NCBI GenBank assembly: GCA_965208615.1
Contig: CBDBPB010000001.1
Coordinates: 160,001 to 224,000 of the forward strand
Source: Spirochaetota bacterium
Lineage (GTDB): Bacteria > Spirochaetota > UBA6919 > CBDBPB01
Reading direction: 5' to 3'
DNA: 64,000 bases
The translations under genes were made by a program, and so were the position numbers. The notes beneath the pieces are model-generated. The model saw nothing but the letters and a program-made list of their open reading frames with translations, was not told the origin of the DNA and ran no database searches. How positions within the stretch are numbered: position 1 is the stretch's first letter; each line of letters opens with the position of its first letter. This document shows, in pieces, positions 33,738-44,404 of the stretch.

Positions 33738-34508
33738 ATGAGTAAATATATTAAATATTTAGTGCCAACATTAATTATAGTTTTTGCTGGCTACTTCTTC
33801 GCAGACCATATTCAAAGTGATGAATTTGCTGTCACCGAAGGGGATCACGGTGTGGGACATGTCGCAAAACGTGACTTTAAACTCACTGTAAGCCTCGACT
33901 ATGCAAAAAAAAAGGTAGGAAAAGGATATCTGCAAAGTGAGATAAACTTTATAACCGATGATAAACTCGAAGGCGTTGTACCAGTAAGCAATACTCAAGA
34001 AGTCTCAGGAAAACAACCATTCTCAATCAATATAGATAACCACTCCATGAATAAAAAACTATATTTTTATGTCTTCCACGCTAACAATAAAAATCGTATA
34101 AAAACCCTCTTTCCTAATAAAAAACGTGGACTATGGAATCCAGTATATCAAGGATCAAACTATAGTATACCATACAACAAAAAATGGCTTAAGTTCTCAA
34201 AAAATAGGGGAGTAGAAAAGTTCTACTTCTTTGTATCAAAAAAGAAAATAAAAACTTTTAGAAAAAAACCAACTAAAAGAATCCTCGACTCAAAAACTAA
34301 AAGATTTAATAAAGCCTATCTAGCCGTCATAAATAAAAGAAAACAAATTAAAAATAATAAAATTAATCCAGTTATGGTTTGGTTCAAGCGTGCCTATGCA
34401 ACAAAAATCGTAATAATTAATAAAGGTAAAAGAATTAAAACTCCTAATTATCTAAAAAGAAAAGCTAAATTTGAAATGCTAAAAAGCAAAATTAAAGTTA
34501 TAAAATAA
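33738..34508 (+). CDS. Exported DUF4384-like protein
   Basis: GGAGG RBS; N-terminal hydrophobic helix; YFYVF...LFPN...N....G..YSIP...G.EKFYFFVSK pattern. Confidence 0.6.
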   Translation: MSKYIKYLVPTLIIVFAGYFFADHIQSDEFAVTEGDHGVGHVAKRDFKLTVSLDYAKKKVGKGYLQSEINFITDDKLEGVVPVSNTQEVSGKQPFSINIDNHSMNKKLYFYVFHANNKNRIKTLFPNKKRGLWNPVYQGSNYSIPYNKKWLKFSKNRGVEKFYFFVSKKKIKTFRKKPTKRILDSKTKRFNKAYLAVINKRKQIKNNKINPVMVWFKRAYATKIVIINKGKRIKTPNYLKRKAKFEMLKSKIKVIK

Positions 34509-34530
34509 TCAAAAAGAGAAGCCCATATTT

Positions 34531-37124
34531 ATGAAAAAAAAACTGTTTGGAAGTATAGCTATAGAACCTTTAACAGTAATAATATTGGGCTTTTTTTTGT
34601 CCTTTATATATGCTATGGGAGGGTTCAGGCATTATGAAAACATCTTCTCGGATATTATATCCACATGGATGGTAAACGAAGAAGATGCAGGTAATAATAT
34701 TGTATATGCAATGACAAGTCAACGCTGTCTGAATGAAGGAGAAAAATATTATAACATGGGATGGCCTTGGAAAAGAGAAAGTTATGCAAAAATAACTAAT
34801 TATCTTTATAAGAGCGGTGCAAAACTTGTTGTGTATGACTCAATCTATACAGAAAGATCCCGTTATACTTATACATGGGAAAAAAATAAAGAGTTTACTA
34901 AACTATTAAAAAAAATCACTAATAACATCCAAAATCCTAAAACTGTAAAAAACCTTAAAACATTAACTAAAACATACATAAACAACTATATGGGCAAAAA
35001 TGATGATAACACTTTTGCCAAAACTATGACTAATACCAATAATGTAATCCTTGGAGTCATGTTTAATACTAGCAAAAATGACATAATGACAGATGTACAA
35101 AGAAAAATTAACGAATTTGATAAAAAGTACTCCACAAAAAAACTCAGAGCCATGTTATCCAAACGAAATAAGAACGTTGATCTATCAACAAAAGATCGTG
35201 CTTACCTCATTCAAATGGTAAAGCAGATATTCTTAACCAACTTTGAAAACCTTTATAAAAGAAAAACTCTCCCTTTAATCCAAAAGTTTGCCCTGTCCAT
35301 CAAAAAGCTATCCGATAAAAACCTTATCCCAAACTATTATAACGCATCCCCCTCCTATAGGCTTATATACAAAGTCTGCTAAAGATATTGGCAGTATTGA
35401 AGCTCCTATAGATATAGACGGTAAAATACGGAGGATACCTTTAATCCTTAAATTTTATGATAAATATTATTCTTCCTTAGCCTTTTCCGCCATTCATTAA
35501 TTATTACAACAACAAAAATATAACTATTGCACAAGACCATATAAAAATAGGAGATCAGAAGATTAATCTAACCAATAAGGGATATTTTAGACTAAAGTAT
35601 TACGGAACAAGGCATATTTATAAAAACTACTACCACATAGATATTATGAGGATATATGATCACATAAACCAAATCTATGATATTTATTCTAAGCTAAATA
35701 TAAAAAACCCCATAAAAAAAGAACTATTATTTAAAGACTCAAAGTATATAATGCAGGTTAGAAAAGAAGTTCAAAAGGTTATAACCAGATATAGTAAAAG
35801 AACTACCTAATAAAATTATTAGTCTTTCTCCACCTGAGGCATTTAATGGTAAGATAGTTTTAATAGGTGCTACTGCGGCGGGTATGCTGGATATACGCTC
35901 CACTCCCTTTAGCTCTATAGAAGCAGGAGCCCATATTCACGGTACGGCTATTGATAATATTCTTCAAAATGACATATTAGTCGAAGTTAGAGAAAACCTA
36001 TTACTTATAGCCATAGTATTTATACTTCCCCTATTAACTTACTTATTGATAAAGAGATTAGCCGTAATATTAGGGGCTATTATAACTCTTGTATTTGTTG
36101 GTGGAGTTTTTATATTTTCCATTATAATGTTTAAGTATGCTAATACAATAGTTGATAGTCTTACTCTAATATTTTCTATTTTAATAACATATCCAATTAT
36201 CACCGGAATAAACTATTTTAAAGAAAATAAACAAAAAAAGTATATACAAGGTGCATTTGGACATTATCTATCCCCTAAGATAATAGAAATTATTATTAAT
36301 GATCCCGCTAAATTGAAGTTAGGCGGCGAAGAAAGAGATATTACTGCATTTTTTTCCGACGTTGAAAGATTTTCTACTATATCAGAATCCCTTAATCCTA
36401 CTGAACTGGTTACACTCCCTAAACGAATACCTAACCGAAATGTGCGATACAATTGCTAAGTATGACGGGGTGATAGACAAATTTGAAGGTGATGCTCTTA
36501 TTGCATTTTGGGGTGCTCCTTTAGCTCAGCCAGAACATGGCAAAATTAGGATGTCTTGCCGCTATAGAGATGCAGGAAAAAATGATTGAACTTAGAAAAA
36601 TATGGGCTAGCCAAAAACAACATGAACTTAAAATAAGAATAGGTATGAACTCTGGTCCTGCGATTATAGGGAATATGGGATCAAAACAAAGAGTGGACTA
36701 TACCATGCTCGGGGATACTGTTAATCTTGCGGCTATAGATTAGAAGGAGCTAATAAATTTTATAACTCATACACAATGATATCCGAGTCAACATATTTAA
36801 AAGCTAAAGATTTTATAGACGTTCGTAAATTAGATAAAGTTAGAGTAGTAGGTAAAAAACGAATCTGTGGTAATTTATGAATTATTAGCTAAAAAGAACG
36901 AAACCAAAAGCTATTTAGCTAATGCAGTTGAACTATACTCAAAAGGATTACACTTATACCAAAAAAGACAGTTCAAAGAAGCACTAAGATTTTTTAAAGC
37001 CATTTTAAAGTTAATCCCTCATGACGGACCCTCCAATACCTACATTCAAAGATGTAACTACTATATAGATAATCCTCCTCCTAAAGACTGGGACGGCGTA
37101 TATACACTAACATCAAAGGGCTAA
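34531..37124 (+). CDS. CHASE2-domain class III adenylate/guanylate cyclase with C-terminal TPR-like tail; 7 frameshifts (probable sequencing errors)
   Basis: Fragments join up as GWPWKR, DIDGKIRRIPL, GKIVLIGATAAG.LDIRSTP, 3 TM helices, FSDVERFST, DKFEGDA, RIGMNSG, YTMLGDTVNLA.RLEG, DWDGVY. Confidence 0.85.
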
Positions 37125-37414
37125 ATATTTAACTAAATAGTATTAAGTATAGAAAGTTTAACTTTTTTTTAATTTTTTAGCTAAGCCTTTCTTTCTATTA
37201 TACTATCCCTAAAAATATTAGCAAACTATCTGGTTATATAATAAAGAAATAGTACATAATATTGACTATAATTACTAACCCTAATTCAATTTTTATAGCT
37301 AATCTATATGCTCCAACTTAAAGAATGAACTCTAGTAAATCGAGAAACTATTATGAGTATAATTAATTTATACAAGTATCTCATATAATGGCATAAAGTT
37401 AAGAGGAATTAGGA

Positions 37415-38089
37415 GTGCTGAAAAATAATAATACCGTATTCTTAACCGAACCTAAAACATACTATAAACTTGGAATATGGTATCTAAATAAAAAACAGTA
37501 TAGTAAGGCTTTACAATACTTAAAAAAAACAACTGAGTTGGAACCTAATCATATTGAGGCTAATGATAATTTAGCAAAAATATATTTAGCATTTAACGAT
37601 CCAAACTTAGCATTAGAGTATTATGAAAAAATAGCTTTAATTAAAAAAAATGACTGGGATACCAAAAAAACCCTACTAGAGCTATACCTAAAAGAAAAGC
37701 AGTATGATAAGGCTTCTAATCTGCTTAAATTGAGGCTCCATTGGGTTAAAGGCGATCTTAACTGGAAAAGACGTTTTTTTGGTACTATAAAAAAAGATAA
37801 AAAAACTAAAGATGATTATATCCGTACACTTTTTCAGCTTACATATACCCTAAGAGAAAAAGAAAAATATTATATGGCGTTAAAATACGGAAAACTCCTT
37901 GCTAAAAAAAAGAATGATAGTATATCACATTATCTTTTGGCAACAATATATGAAGCTATTAACGATTATGACATGGCTCAAAAAGAGTTTTCTTATATTG
38001 TTCAATATCATAATCCCACATCCTATAAGTTTTATGAGCATATTTATATAGGGTTTAAGGAAAATCTAATAATAGATAAGGCTAAATAA
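37415..38089 (+). CDS. Tetratricopeptide repeat protein
   Basis: YYKLG..Y.....YSKAL..LKK..ELEPN...A..NLA repeats. Confidence 0.75.
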   Translation: MLKNNNTVFLTEPKTYYKLGIWYLNKKQYSKALQYLKKTTELEPNHIEANDNLAKIYLAFNDPNLALEYYEKIALIKKNDWDTKKTLLELYLKEKQYDKASNLLKLRLHWVKGDLNWKRRFFGTIKKDKKTKDDYIRTLFQLTYTLREKEKYYMALKYGKLLAKKKNDSISHYLLATIYEAINDYDMAQKEFSYIVQYHNPTSYKFYEHIYIGFKENLIIDKAK

Positions 38090-38737
38090 TTATCTCTTTT
38101 TTATATTAAGCACCTTCCAAGATAGATGTCCAGGTTTATATTTATCCATTTTTGATATCCAGGAAATAACCTTTCTATCAAAGGGGGGAATATTAAAAAA
38201 AGTCAAATAAATATATTCTCCTTTATTAATGGTAACATTTTTTGCTTTGTTAAAGTATATGGCATATTCTGTTAGGAGTATGTCATCATTACACTTATTA
38301 CCCGCATATAAATACCATTCCATTTTTTCTTTTTCGCCATTTTTCTCCATCCATATTTCTATACACTTATTAATCCTCTTTAGCTTAAATCTCTTTCTAT
38401 ATACGGAATAAGGAGAGTATGCCTCATTGGATGACTTTTCTGCCATTATATCATAGTGTTTTTGTTTAGTTATTCTTTTTTTATTAGGTTTTTTATTATT
38501 TTTAGTTTTTGTTTTTGTTTTTGTTTTTGTTTTTGTTTTTTTATTATCTGTGGATAGTTTTTTTATTTTTTTATCATCTATCGTAGGCGGCTTTTTTGTT
38601 ACTTTATCATCTTTAGTTTTAATAGTTTCAGTTTTTTTTATATTTCTATCTTCTTTTTTGCTGTCCACTCCAGAACTCTGACAGGTAACTATACTAAGGA
38701 CTATTAATATAAGAGTCCAGTTTTTATAATGGATCAT
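38090..38737 (-). CDS. Hypothetical lipoprotein with Lys/Thr-rich linker
   Basis: Hydrophobic leader followed by lipobox-like SIVT-C; GGAGG RBS; (KT)n repeat. Confidence 0.6.
   Translation of the reverse strand: MIHYKNWTLILIVLSIVTCQSSGVDSKKEDRNIKKTETIKTKDDKVTKKPPTIDDKKIKKLSTDNKKTKTKTKTKTKTKNNKKPNKKRITKQKHYDIMAEKSSNEAYSPYSVYRKRFKLKRINKCIEIWMEKNGEKEKMEWYLYAGNKCNDDILLTEYAIYFNKAKNVTINKGEYIYLTFFNIPPFDRKVISWISKMDKYKPGHLSWKVLNIKKR
38505..38540. repeat. (GTTTTT)x6 in-frame hexanucleotide repeat encoding (KT)n
   Basis: Directly visible in the sequence. Confidence 0.9.
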
Positions 38738-38805
38738 AAGTCCTCCAGGTTGTTCGGCTTAGTTTAGATACACACTCTATACGCTAAAGTAGTACTACTT
38801 AATAT

Positions 38806-39849
38806 TTAACAACAAGCACCACCCACATTATCCAATAGCTGTCCATTAGGAGAAGAACAGTCAAAAGGCCCATAATGAATAGACCTATCCCCAACTATAT
38901 TAAAATATTTTGTAAACCTAGTTTCATGAAGCATAGAAGCTGTATTACCACATACCAACATAGGCTTACCAGTGATAAATCTATGGTGATCATCTAAGTC
39001 AAAAAAATGTGGACAGTTATCTATTAAACCATTATAGGTAGCAACTTGTCCATAGTCCTCACAAATATCCTCAAGATTAACAAGATTAAATACCCTTATA
39101 GTCATGGAATAAAAATCAATCATACCTATTTTATCTTCAATCTCCTTATTGTTAAGAGAAAGCCTTGTACTAGATATTACACGATGATCAGGACAGCCTA
39201 AATCCATAAGTAAACGTCTAAAATCCTCTGTATACATAGCTCCAGAAAGACATTCCCCATATAAAACAGGATCATCACAATACTCTTTTGGAATCCGCCT
39301 ACCACTAAAAATATCAGAAAAGTATAACTCTCCTCCAGGCTTTAAAACACGAAATATCTCTTTAAAAGCCTCTTTTTTATCATAAGAAAGATTTAATACA
39401 CAATTGGATATAACCACATCAACTGAATTATCCTCAATACCAATAGACCTTAAATCTTCAATATATCCTTTTTTAAAAGTAACATTAGGCTTTTTAAATC
39501 CAAAACGCTTTGTCTGAAGGTCTAAATACTTATTAGCCACAGCCAATTGTTCATCTGTCATATCCACCCCAATAACATGACCACTCTCACCAACTAACTT
39601 AGAAATAATATAAACATCTCTACCAGTTCCACAACCAAGATCAAGAACAACTCTTCCATCTAATACATCGGGTATAGGTGAACCACAACCATAAAACTTA
39701 TCCAATACCTCTCTCTCTATATTCGATAGAATATTACGAATATGTAAAGGAAAACCATCGCTAGAACAACATGCACTGGTCTTAAGCTCTTCTTTGTTTT
39801 TAAGTATTTTTCCATAATATTCTTTTATATCTTCCCTAATTTTACTCAT
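38806..39849 (-). CDS. arsM: Arsenite S-adenosylmethionine methyltransferase (AS3MT/CmArsM-like)
   Basis: KTSACC, FYGCGSP, VLDLGCGTG, VISNCVLNL, YGECLSGA (all four conserved Cys positions), CEDYGQ, C-terminal CC. Confidence 0.88.
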   Translation of the reverse strand: MSKIREDIKEYYGKILKNKEELKTSACCSSDGFPLHIRNILSNIEREVLDKFYGCGSPIPDVLDGRVVLDLGCGTGRDVYIISKLVGESGHVIGVDMTDEQLAVANKYLDLQTKRFGFKKPNVTFKKGYIEDLRSIGIEDNSVDVVISNCVLNLSYDKKEAFKEIFRVLKPGGELYFSDIFSGRRIPKEYCDDPVLYGECLSGAMYTEDFRRLLMDLGCPDHRVISSTRLSLNNKEIEDKIGMIDFYSMTIRVFNLVNLEDICEDYGQVATYNGLIDNCPHFFDLDDHHRFITGKPMLVCGNTASMLHETRFTKYFNIVGDRSIHYGPFDCSSPNGQLLDNVGGACC

Positions 39850-39899
39850 ATTGTACTCCTAACTTATTTTAAAATAATTCTCTTTGCAAAATATATAGC

Positions 39900-40700
39900 C
39901 TAATTAGCCTTTTTACCCAACATTAGAGGATGAATAGCCTTAGTAAATAAAATAGAAGCTAATACTCCACCAACTAATGGACCCAATACATATACACTCA
40001 AAAAACCATAATGATTATCAGGAAATGATGCACTGCCCCATCCAGCTAAATATGAAAATAGTCTAGGGGACAAATCTCTAGCGGGATTAATACCAGCTTG
40101 AGTTAAAGGGGCTATAACACAAATAATAATAGATACAGTAAGGCCTATAAACAAAGGTGCAATTGAATTATCAGGCCTACCAACATTACAGCATTCTGTT
40201 AAATTAAAAATTAATGCCACCAAAACAAAAGTACCAATAGCCTCAGCCAAAAAGGCATTCAAAGTTGATACAACAGCTGAACTACCAGGATTAGGATAAA
40301 ACTCCCCAAACATCATAGCAGTCTTAACAGAATCTGGAGTCCCTCTAATAATTCCATTTTGAAGCTCATACTGAGCAATTGAATCAGCAAAAAGAACATA
40401 AAGTATTGCCGATGCAATAAAAGCACCTATAAACTGTCCCAAAAAATATATAGGGAGTAATTTAATAGGCATTCTCCCACTAGTTACCATAGCCAAAGTT
40501 ACCGCAGGATTAAGATGTGCACATGATAAATGTCTGGTAGAATAAATAGCAAGGGCAACACCTACACCCCAAATAGCAGCAACCTGAAAAAGACCTACAT
40601 GAGCAGAAAATAAAACAGATACCACTACTGAACCACATCCAAAAAATACTAAAATAAACGTTCCTATTAGCTCTCCCATAAGGTCATTTAGGTGCTTCAT
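39900..40700 (-). CDS. MIP-family aquaglyceroporin, probably co-transcribed with arsM
   Basis: HLNPAVT and INPARD (glyceroporin-type D after the second NPA); GGAG RBS before ATG 40700; 50 bp gap to arsM. Confidence 0.9.
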   Translation of the reverse strand: MKHLNDLMGELIGTFILVFFGCGSVVVSVLFSAHVGLFQVAAIWGVGVALAIYSTRHLSCAHLNPAVTLAMVTSGRMPIKLLPIYFLGQFIGAFIASAILYVLFADSIAQYELQNGIIRGTPDSVKTAMMFGEFYPNPGSSAVVSTLNAFLAEAIGTFVLVALIFNLTECCNVGRPDNSIAPLFIGLTVSIIICVIAPLTQAGINPARDLSPRLFSYLAGWGSASFPDNHYGFLSVYVLGPLVGGVLASILFTKAIHPLMLGKKAN

Positions 40701-41035
40701 ACTAATATTTCTCCACAATTAAAAACTAACTTATATATACTTTATAAAAAAGTAAATAACGTTATCTTTAATTAGGATAAAATGTAAATAATTTATCTAA
40801 AAAATCAAGAATAAATTATAAACATAAAGAAATTATTAATCAATAAGCTATATCATAAGCGGTGCTATTTATAAATATATCTACTAATAATAAGCATAAT
40901 AACCAATACTAAAACTTTTATTATAAATTATACTATCCCATAACTAATAAAAATATATACATAATAAACCTATTTAATATACTTGTCATTATATGTTTTT
41001 TATATTAAATAGGCTATAATATATATAAGCAAAAA

Positions 41036-42949
41036 CTAATCCTTTAGCATAAGATCATATAATCGCTGATTAAACTTATTAGGATCAGGTATCTTACTAC
41101 CTTCATTGATTAAAGCTTGATCATAAAGAAGTTCAGCGTAATCCTTTAACTTAGGATCATTATTATCCTTGTCAAAAAGAGTGTGCATTTTCTCAATAAC
41201 ATTATGAGAGGGATTAATCTCTAATATACGCTTTGTTTTTGGAAGTTCTTTATTGTATGATCGCATAATCTTTTCGAGATGAACACTCATATCCTGCTCA
41301 TCGGATATTAAACAACAAGCACTAGACCGTAATCTATCAGATAAGCGTACTTCTTTTATATGTTCTTCTAGTGTTTTTTGAACGAACTCGATTACAGACT
41401 TAAACTCTTTCTTTTTATTTTCAAGCTCTTCTTTTTTTCCTAAGTCTATATCGCCTTTTAAAATGTTCTTAAGCTTTTTTTCTTTGTAGTCAAAAACATG
41501 CTGGGATAATATTTCATCAATAGGCTCTACAAAATATAATACCTCATAACCTTTTTCCTTAAAAACCTCAAGATGAGATGCTCTAGATACATCACTTTTC
41601 GTTTCCCCTGTAATATAGTATATTTCCTTTTGATCATCAGCCATATTTCTTATATAGTCATCCAGGGATATAAACTCGTTGTCTGTAGTCTTAGTTGACT
41701 GATACAATAAAAGACCTAATATTTTCTCTTTATTTTCAAGGTCGGAATAAACGCCCTCTTTTAAGATAGTACCCAGTTCTTTGTAAAACTCTTTATATTT
41801 ATCAAATTCTTTATTTTTTAAGTCTACTAAGGTATTTAAGACCTTGCTAATAAGGTTTTTTTTGATAGTCTTTAGTATACGGTTATTTTGTAATGTTTCT
41901 CTTGATATATTTAATGGTAGATCGCTTGAGTCTACTACACCGCTTACAAATCTCAAGTATTGTGGTAGGAGTGCTTCATTATTTTTTGTAATGAATACTC
42001 TTTTTACGTATAAGTGAATATTATTTTTTGGTATATCCCCAACAAGCATATTAAACGGACGACGGGCTGGAATATATATTAATGCCATAAACTCAGTTGC
42101 ACCCTCAACTTTATAATGCATATTCATTAGAGGCTCGGTAAAGTCGTTGGATAAATGCTTATAAAAATCGTTATACTCCTCGTCTTTTAACTCATCCTTA
42201 CTTTTAAGCCAAATTGCCTTTTGACTGTTTAGAGTCTCCTCTTCTATTTTTTTAATTGGCTCGGCATCCTTCTTTATCTCTCCCTTATCATCTTTGGGAT
42301 AATCAGTACGCTCAACATCCATAGCAATAGGGAACTCTATATAATCAGAATACCTTTTTACGATTTCCCTAATCTTATATTCTTCTAGGAAGTCTTTTTC
42401 ATCCTCTTTTAAATGAAGGATAACATCAGTACCCCTAGTATCTTTATTTATATTATCAAGGGTATACTCATCCTCGCCAACAGCCTCCCATATTATTCCA
42501 GAAGACTTATCCCCAGCTTTTCTGCTTATAACAGTAACCTTATCAGCTACCATAAATGCTGAATAAAATCCCACACCAAATTGACCAATCATCTCAGGAT
42601 GATCTTTTAAATCTTTACTATGTTTTACTATCTCCATAAAAGCCTGTGTACCAGACTTAGCTATAGTACCAATATTATCTATTACCTCTTCTTCATTCAT
42701 ACCTATACCATTATCAGAAATGGTTAAGGTATTTTTATCTTTGTCAGATATAATTTTAATCTTCCAGTCTCCATTATCTTCTAAAATGCTTGAATCGGTT
42801 AAGGAGTCAAACCTTGCCTTATCGATAGCATCAGACGCATTAGATATTAATTCTCTTAAAAAGATATCCCTATTAGAGTATAAAGAATGGGTAACTAAAT
42901 GTAGAACTTTTTGAGTCTCTGCCTTGAACTTTAAGTTTCTTACAGCCAT
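41036..42949 (-). CDS. htpG: Hsp90 chaperone HtpG
   Basis: FLRELISNASDA, DNGIGM, GQFGVGFYSAF, LPLNISRE. Confidence 0.97.
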   Translation of the reverse strand: MAVRNLKFKAETQKVLHLVTHSLYSNRDIFLRELISNASDAIDKARFDSLTDSSILEDNGDWKIKIISDKDKNTLTISDNGIGMNEEEVIDNIGTIAKSGTQAFMEIVKHSKDLKDHPEMIGQFGVGFYSAFMVADKVTVISRKAGDKSSGIIWEAVGEDEYTLDNINKDTRGTDVILHLKEDEKDFLEEYKIREIVKRYSDYIEFPIAMDVERTDYPKDDKGEIKKDAEPIKKIEEETLNSQKAIWLKSKDELKDEEYNDFYKHLSNDFTEPLMNMHYKVEGATEFMALIYIPARRPFNMLVGDIPKNNIHLYVKRVFITKNNEALLPQYLRFVSGVVDSSDLPLNISRETLQNNRILKTIKKNLISKVLNTLVDLKNKEFDKYKEFYKELGTILKEGVYSDLENKEKILGLLLYQSTKTTDNEFISLDDYIRNMADDQKEIYYITGETKSDVSRASHLEVFKEKGYEVLYFVEPIDEILSQHVFDYKEKKLKNILKGDIDLGKKEELENKKKEFKSVIEFVQKTLEEHIKEVRLSDRLRSSACCLISDEQDMSVHLEKIMRSYNKELPKTKRILEINPSHNVIEKMHTLFDKDNNDPKLKDYAELLYDQALINEGSKIPDPNKFNQRLYDLMLKD

Positions 42950-43143
42950 TATAAACCTTCCTAATTTATTATATTATAAGCTAATAAGTTTATTAGCAAC
43001 AAGTTATTATTATACAAATCAGCTTTAACATTATTCCTATCTTAACGTTAAAACATTATGAATATATATAAATAAAAAGAAAAGTAAAAACTGTCAATAG
43101 GAAAAAGCTAATAAACTAGCTCTTCCTAACTAAACATTATATA

Positions 43144-43164
43144 AAGGGTGGATTAGCCACCCTT
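43144..43164 (-). terminator. Hairpin downstream of the hsp20 pair
   Basis: AAGGGTGG-CTAAT-CCACCCTT; a second, weaker hairpin lies at about 43098-43127. Confidence 0.6.
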
Positions 43165-43169
43165 ATATA

Positions 43170-43607
43170 CTATTCACTGTCTATATCAATCTTACGAGGT
43201 TTTAACTTTTCTGTTTTGGCTAAGATAATCGATAGAACCCCATTTTTAATATTAGCGGATATCTTATCTCTATTAATACCGTTCCCCAGCTTAAAAGTTC
43301 TAAAATAATCAACCGCATTACCACTCTCACCTTCAGTTGAGCTTAGTCTTCCTTTTATTTTTAGAAGTTCACCCTCTATGGATAAGCTTAAGCCTTTTTT
43401 ATCAACGCCAGGCAAATCGATTTTTAGAACATAGCTGTCATCCAGTTCATAAGTATCTGCTTTTGGGACTATATAATCTTTATCCTTTTCTACATCATCA
43501 GCTAATGGATTATAAACTCTACTATCATTTTTGCATTCCCAAAAGAAATCATCCATATAGTTTTGCATTTTATCCAAGTCTTTTAAAAAATCACAAGTTA
43601 ATAACAT
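43170..43607 (-). CDS. Small heat-shock protein (Hsp20/alpha-crystallin)
   Basis: IDLPGVDK, RTFKL, NGVLSIIL.K, IDI tail. Confidence 0.9.
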   Translation of the reverse strand: MLLTCDFLKDLDKMQNYMDDFFWECKNDSRVYNPLADDVEKDKDYIVPKADTYELDDSYVLKIDLPGVDKKGLSLSIEGELLKIKGRLSSTEGESGNAVDYFRTFKLGNGINRDKISANIKNGVLSIILAKTEKLKPRKIDIDSE

Positions 43608-43622
43608 ATTGTCCTCCTAATT

Positions 43623-44078
43623 TTATTGTTCCAAATTAATTTTGATAGTTTTTGCTTCCCTAACCTGGTCTTTTGGAAGTGTGATCCTAAGAATACCTTT
43701 TTTATACTTGGCATTAACCTTATCCTCCAAAACCTCATCGGGCAAAGTAAAAGATCGCTCAAAGCTACCATATTGTCTCTCAATACGGTATCCACGTTTA
43801 ATGTTATCTTTATTCTCCTCTTTTCTTTCACCTCTAATAGTTAGAATGTTATTTTTCAACTGAACCTCCAAGTCTTTTTCGTTGATACCGGGTAGTTCAG
43901 CCTCAACATAAATAGCTTTTTCATCCTCTGTAATATCCACACATGGAGAGAATGAGCCATCACCAAATAAAGATATAGGCGCTTGTCCAAAAGTACCATT
44001 AAAGATAGAGCCTATCTCATTTTTTATTTGGGTTAGGGGTGATAGACTATCATCCTGTTTAGTTAGATTGAGTCTCAT
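43623..44078 (-). CDS. Small heat-shock protein (Hsp20/alpha-crystallin)
   Basis: AELPGI, ERQYGSFERSFTLP, GILRITLPK, IKI tail. Confidence 0.95.
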   Translation of the reverse strand: MRLNLTKQDDSLSPLTQIKNEIGSIFNGTFGQAPISLFGDGSFSPCVDITEDEKAIYVEAELPGINEKDLEVQLKNNILTIRGERKEENKDNIKRGYRIERQYGSFERSFTLPDEVLEDKVNAKYKKGILRITLPKDQVREAKTIKINLEQ

Positions 44079-44118
44079 AATTTGTCTCCTTAATTTTTTA
44101 TTTTACACTAACTATAGT

Positions 44119-44135
44119 ATCAAATATCGTGCCAA
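44119..44135 (-). promoter_or_regulatory. Sigma54 (-24/-12) promoter of the hsp20 operon
   Basis: Minus strand TTGGCACGATATTTGAT versus consensus TGGCACG-N4-TTGCW (one mismatch), 40 bp upstream of the ATG. Confidence 0.7.
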
Positions 44136-44230
44136 CCTTAATTATTAGGTTATATCCTACTGCAATACAAATAGTTAAAATATTTAATAAAAGGATTTGT
44201 TAATAGACAGGAGTTAGAAACAACATAAAT

Positions 44231-44270
44231 ATGGGTCATATTAACATAGTGCCTTGCCAATATAACCCAT
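44231..44270. promoter_or_regulatory. Inverted repeat, candidate enhancer (UAS) for a sigma54 activator
   Basis: ATGGGTCATATT-N16-AATATAACCCAT, about 100-135 bp upstream of the -24 box. Confidence 0.45.
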
Positions 44271-44404
44271 GTGGATAATTTGTATCTATATCGAAGTTGG
44301 TTTAGCCGTAAACATAAAACAGATTTCTTTTAGTCGTTTATAGCATTAAAAGTTGGTGATGCATAAATATAAATAATAGCAAGCTATTTAATATAACTTT
44401 AATA

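Noticed and set aside
42950-44400. CIRCE/HrcA or ROSE element at the heat-shock genes
   Set aside because: No TTAGCACTC-N9-GAGTGCTAA found and no convincing ROSE hairpin.
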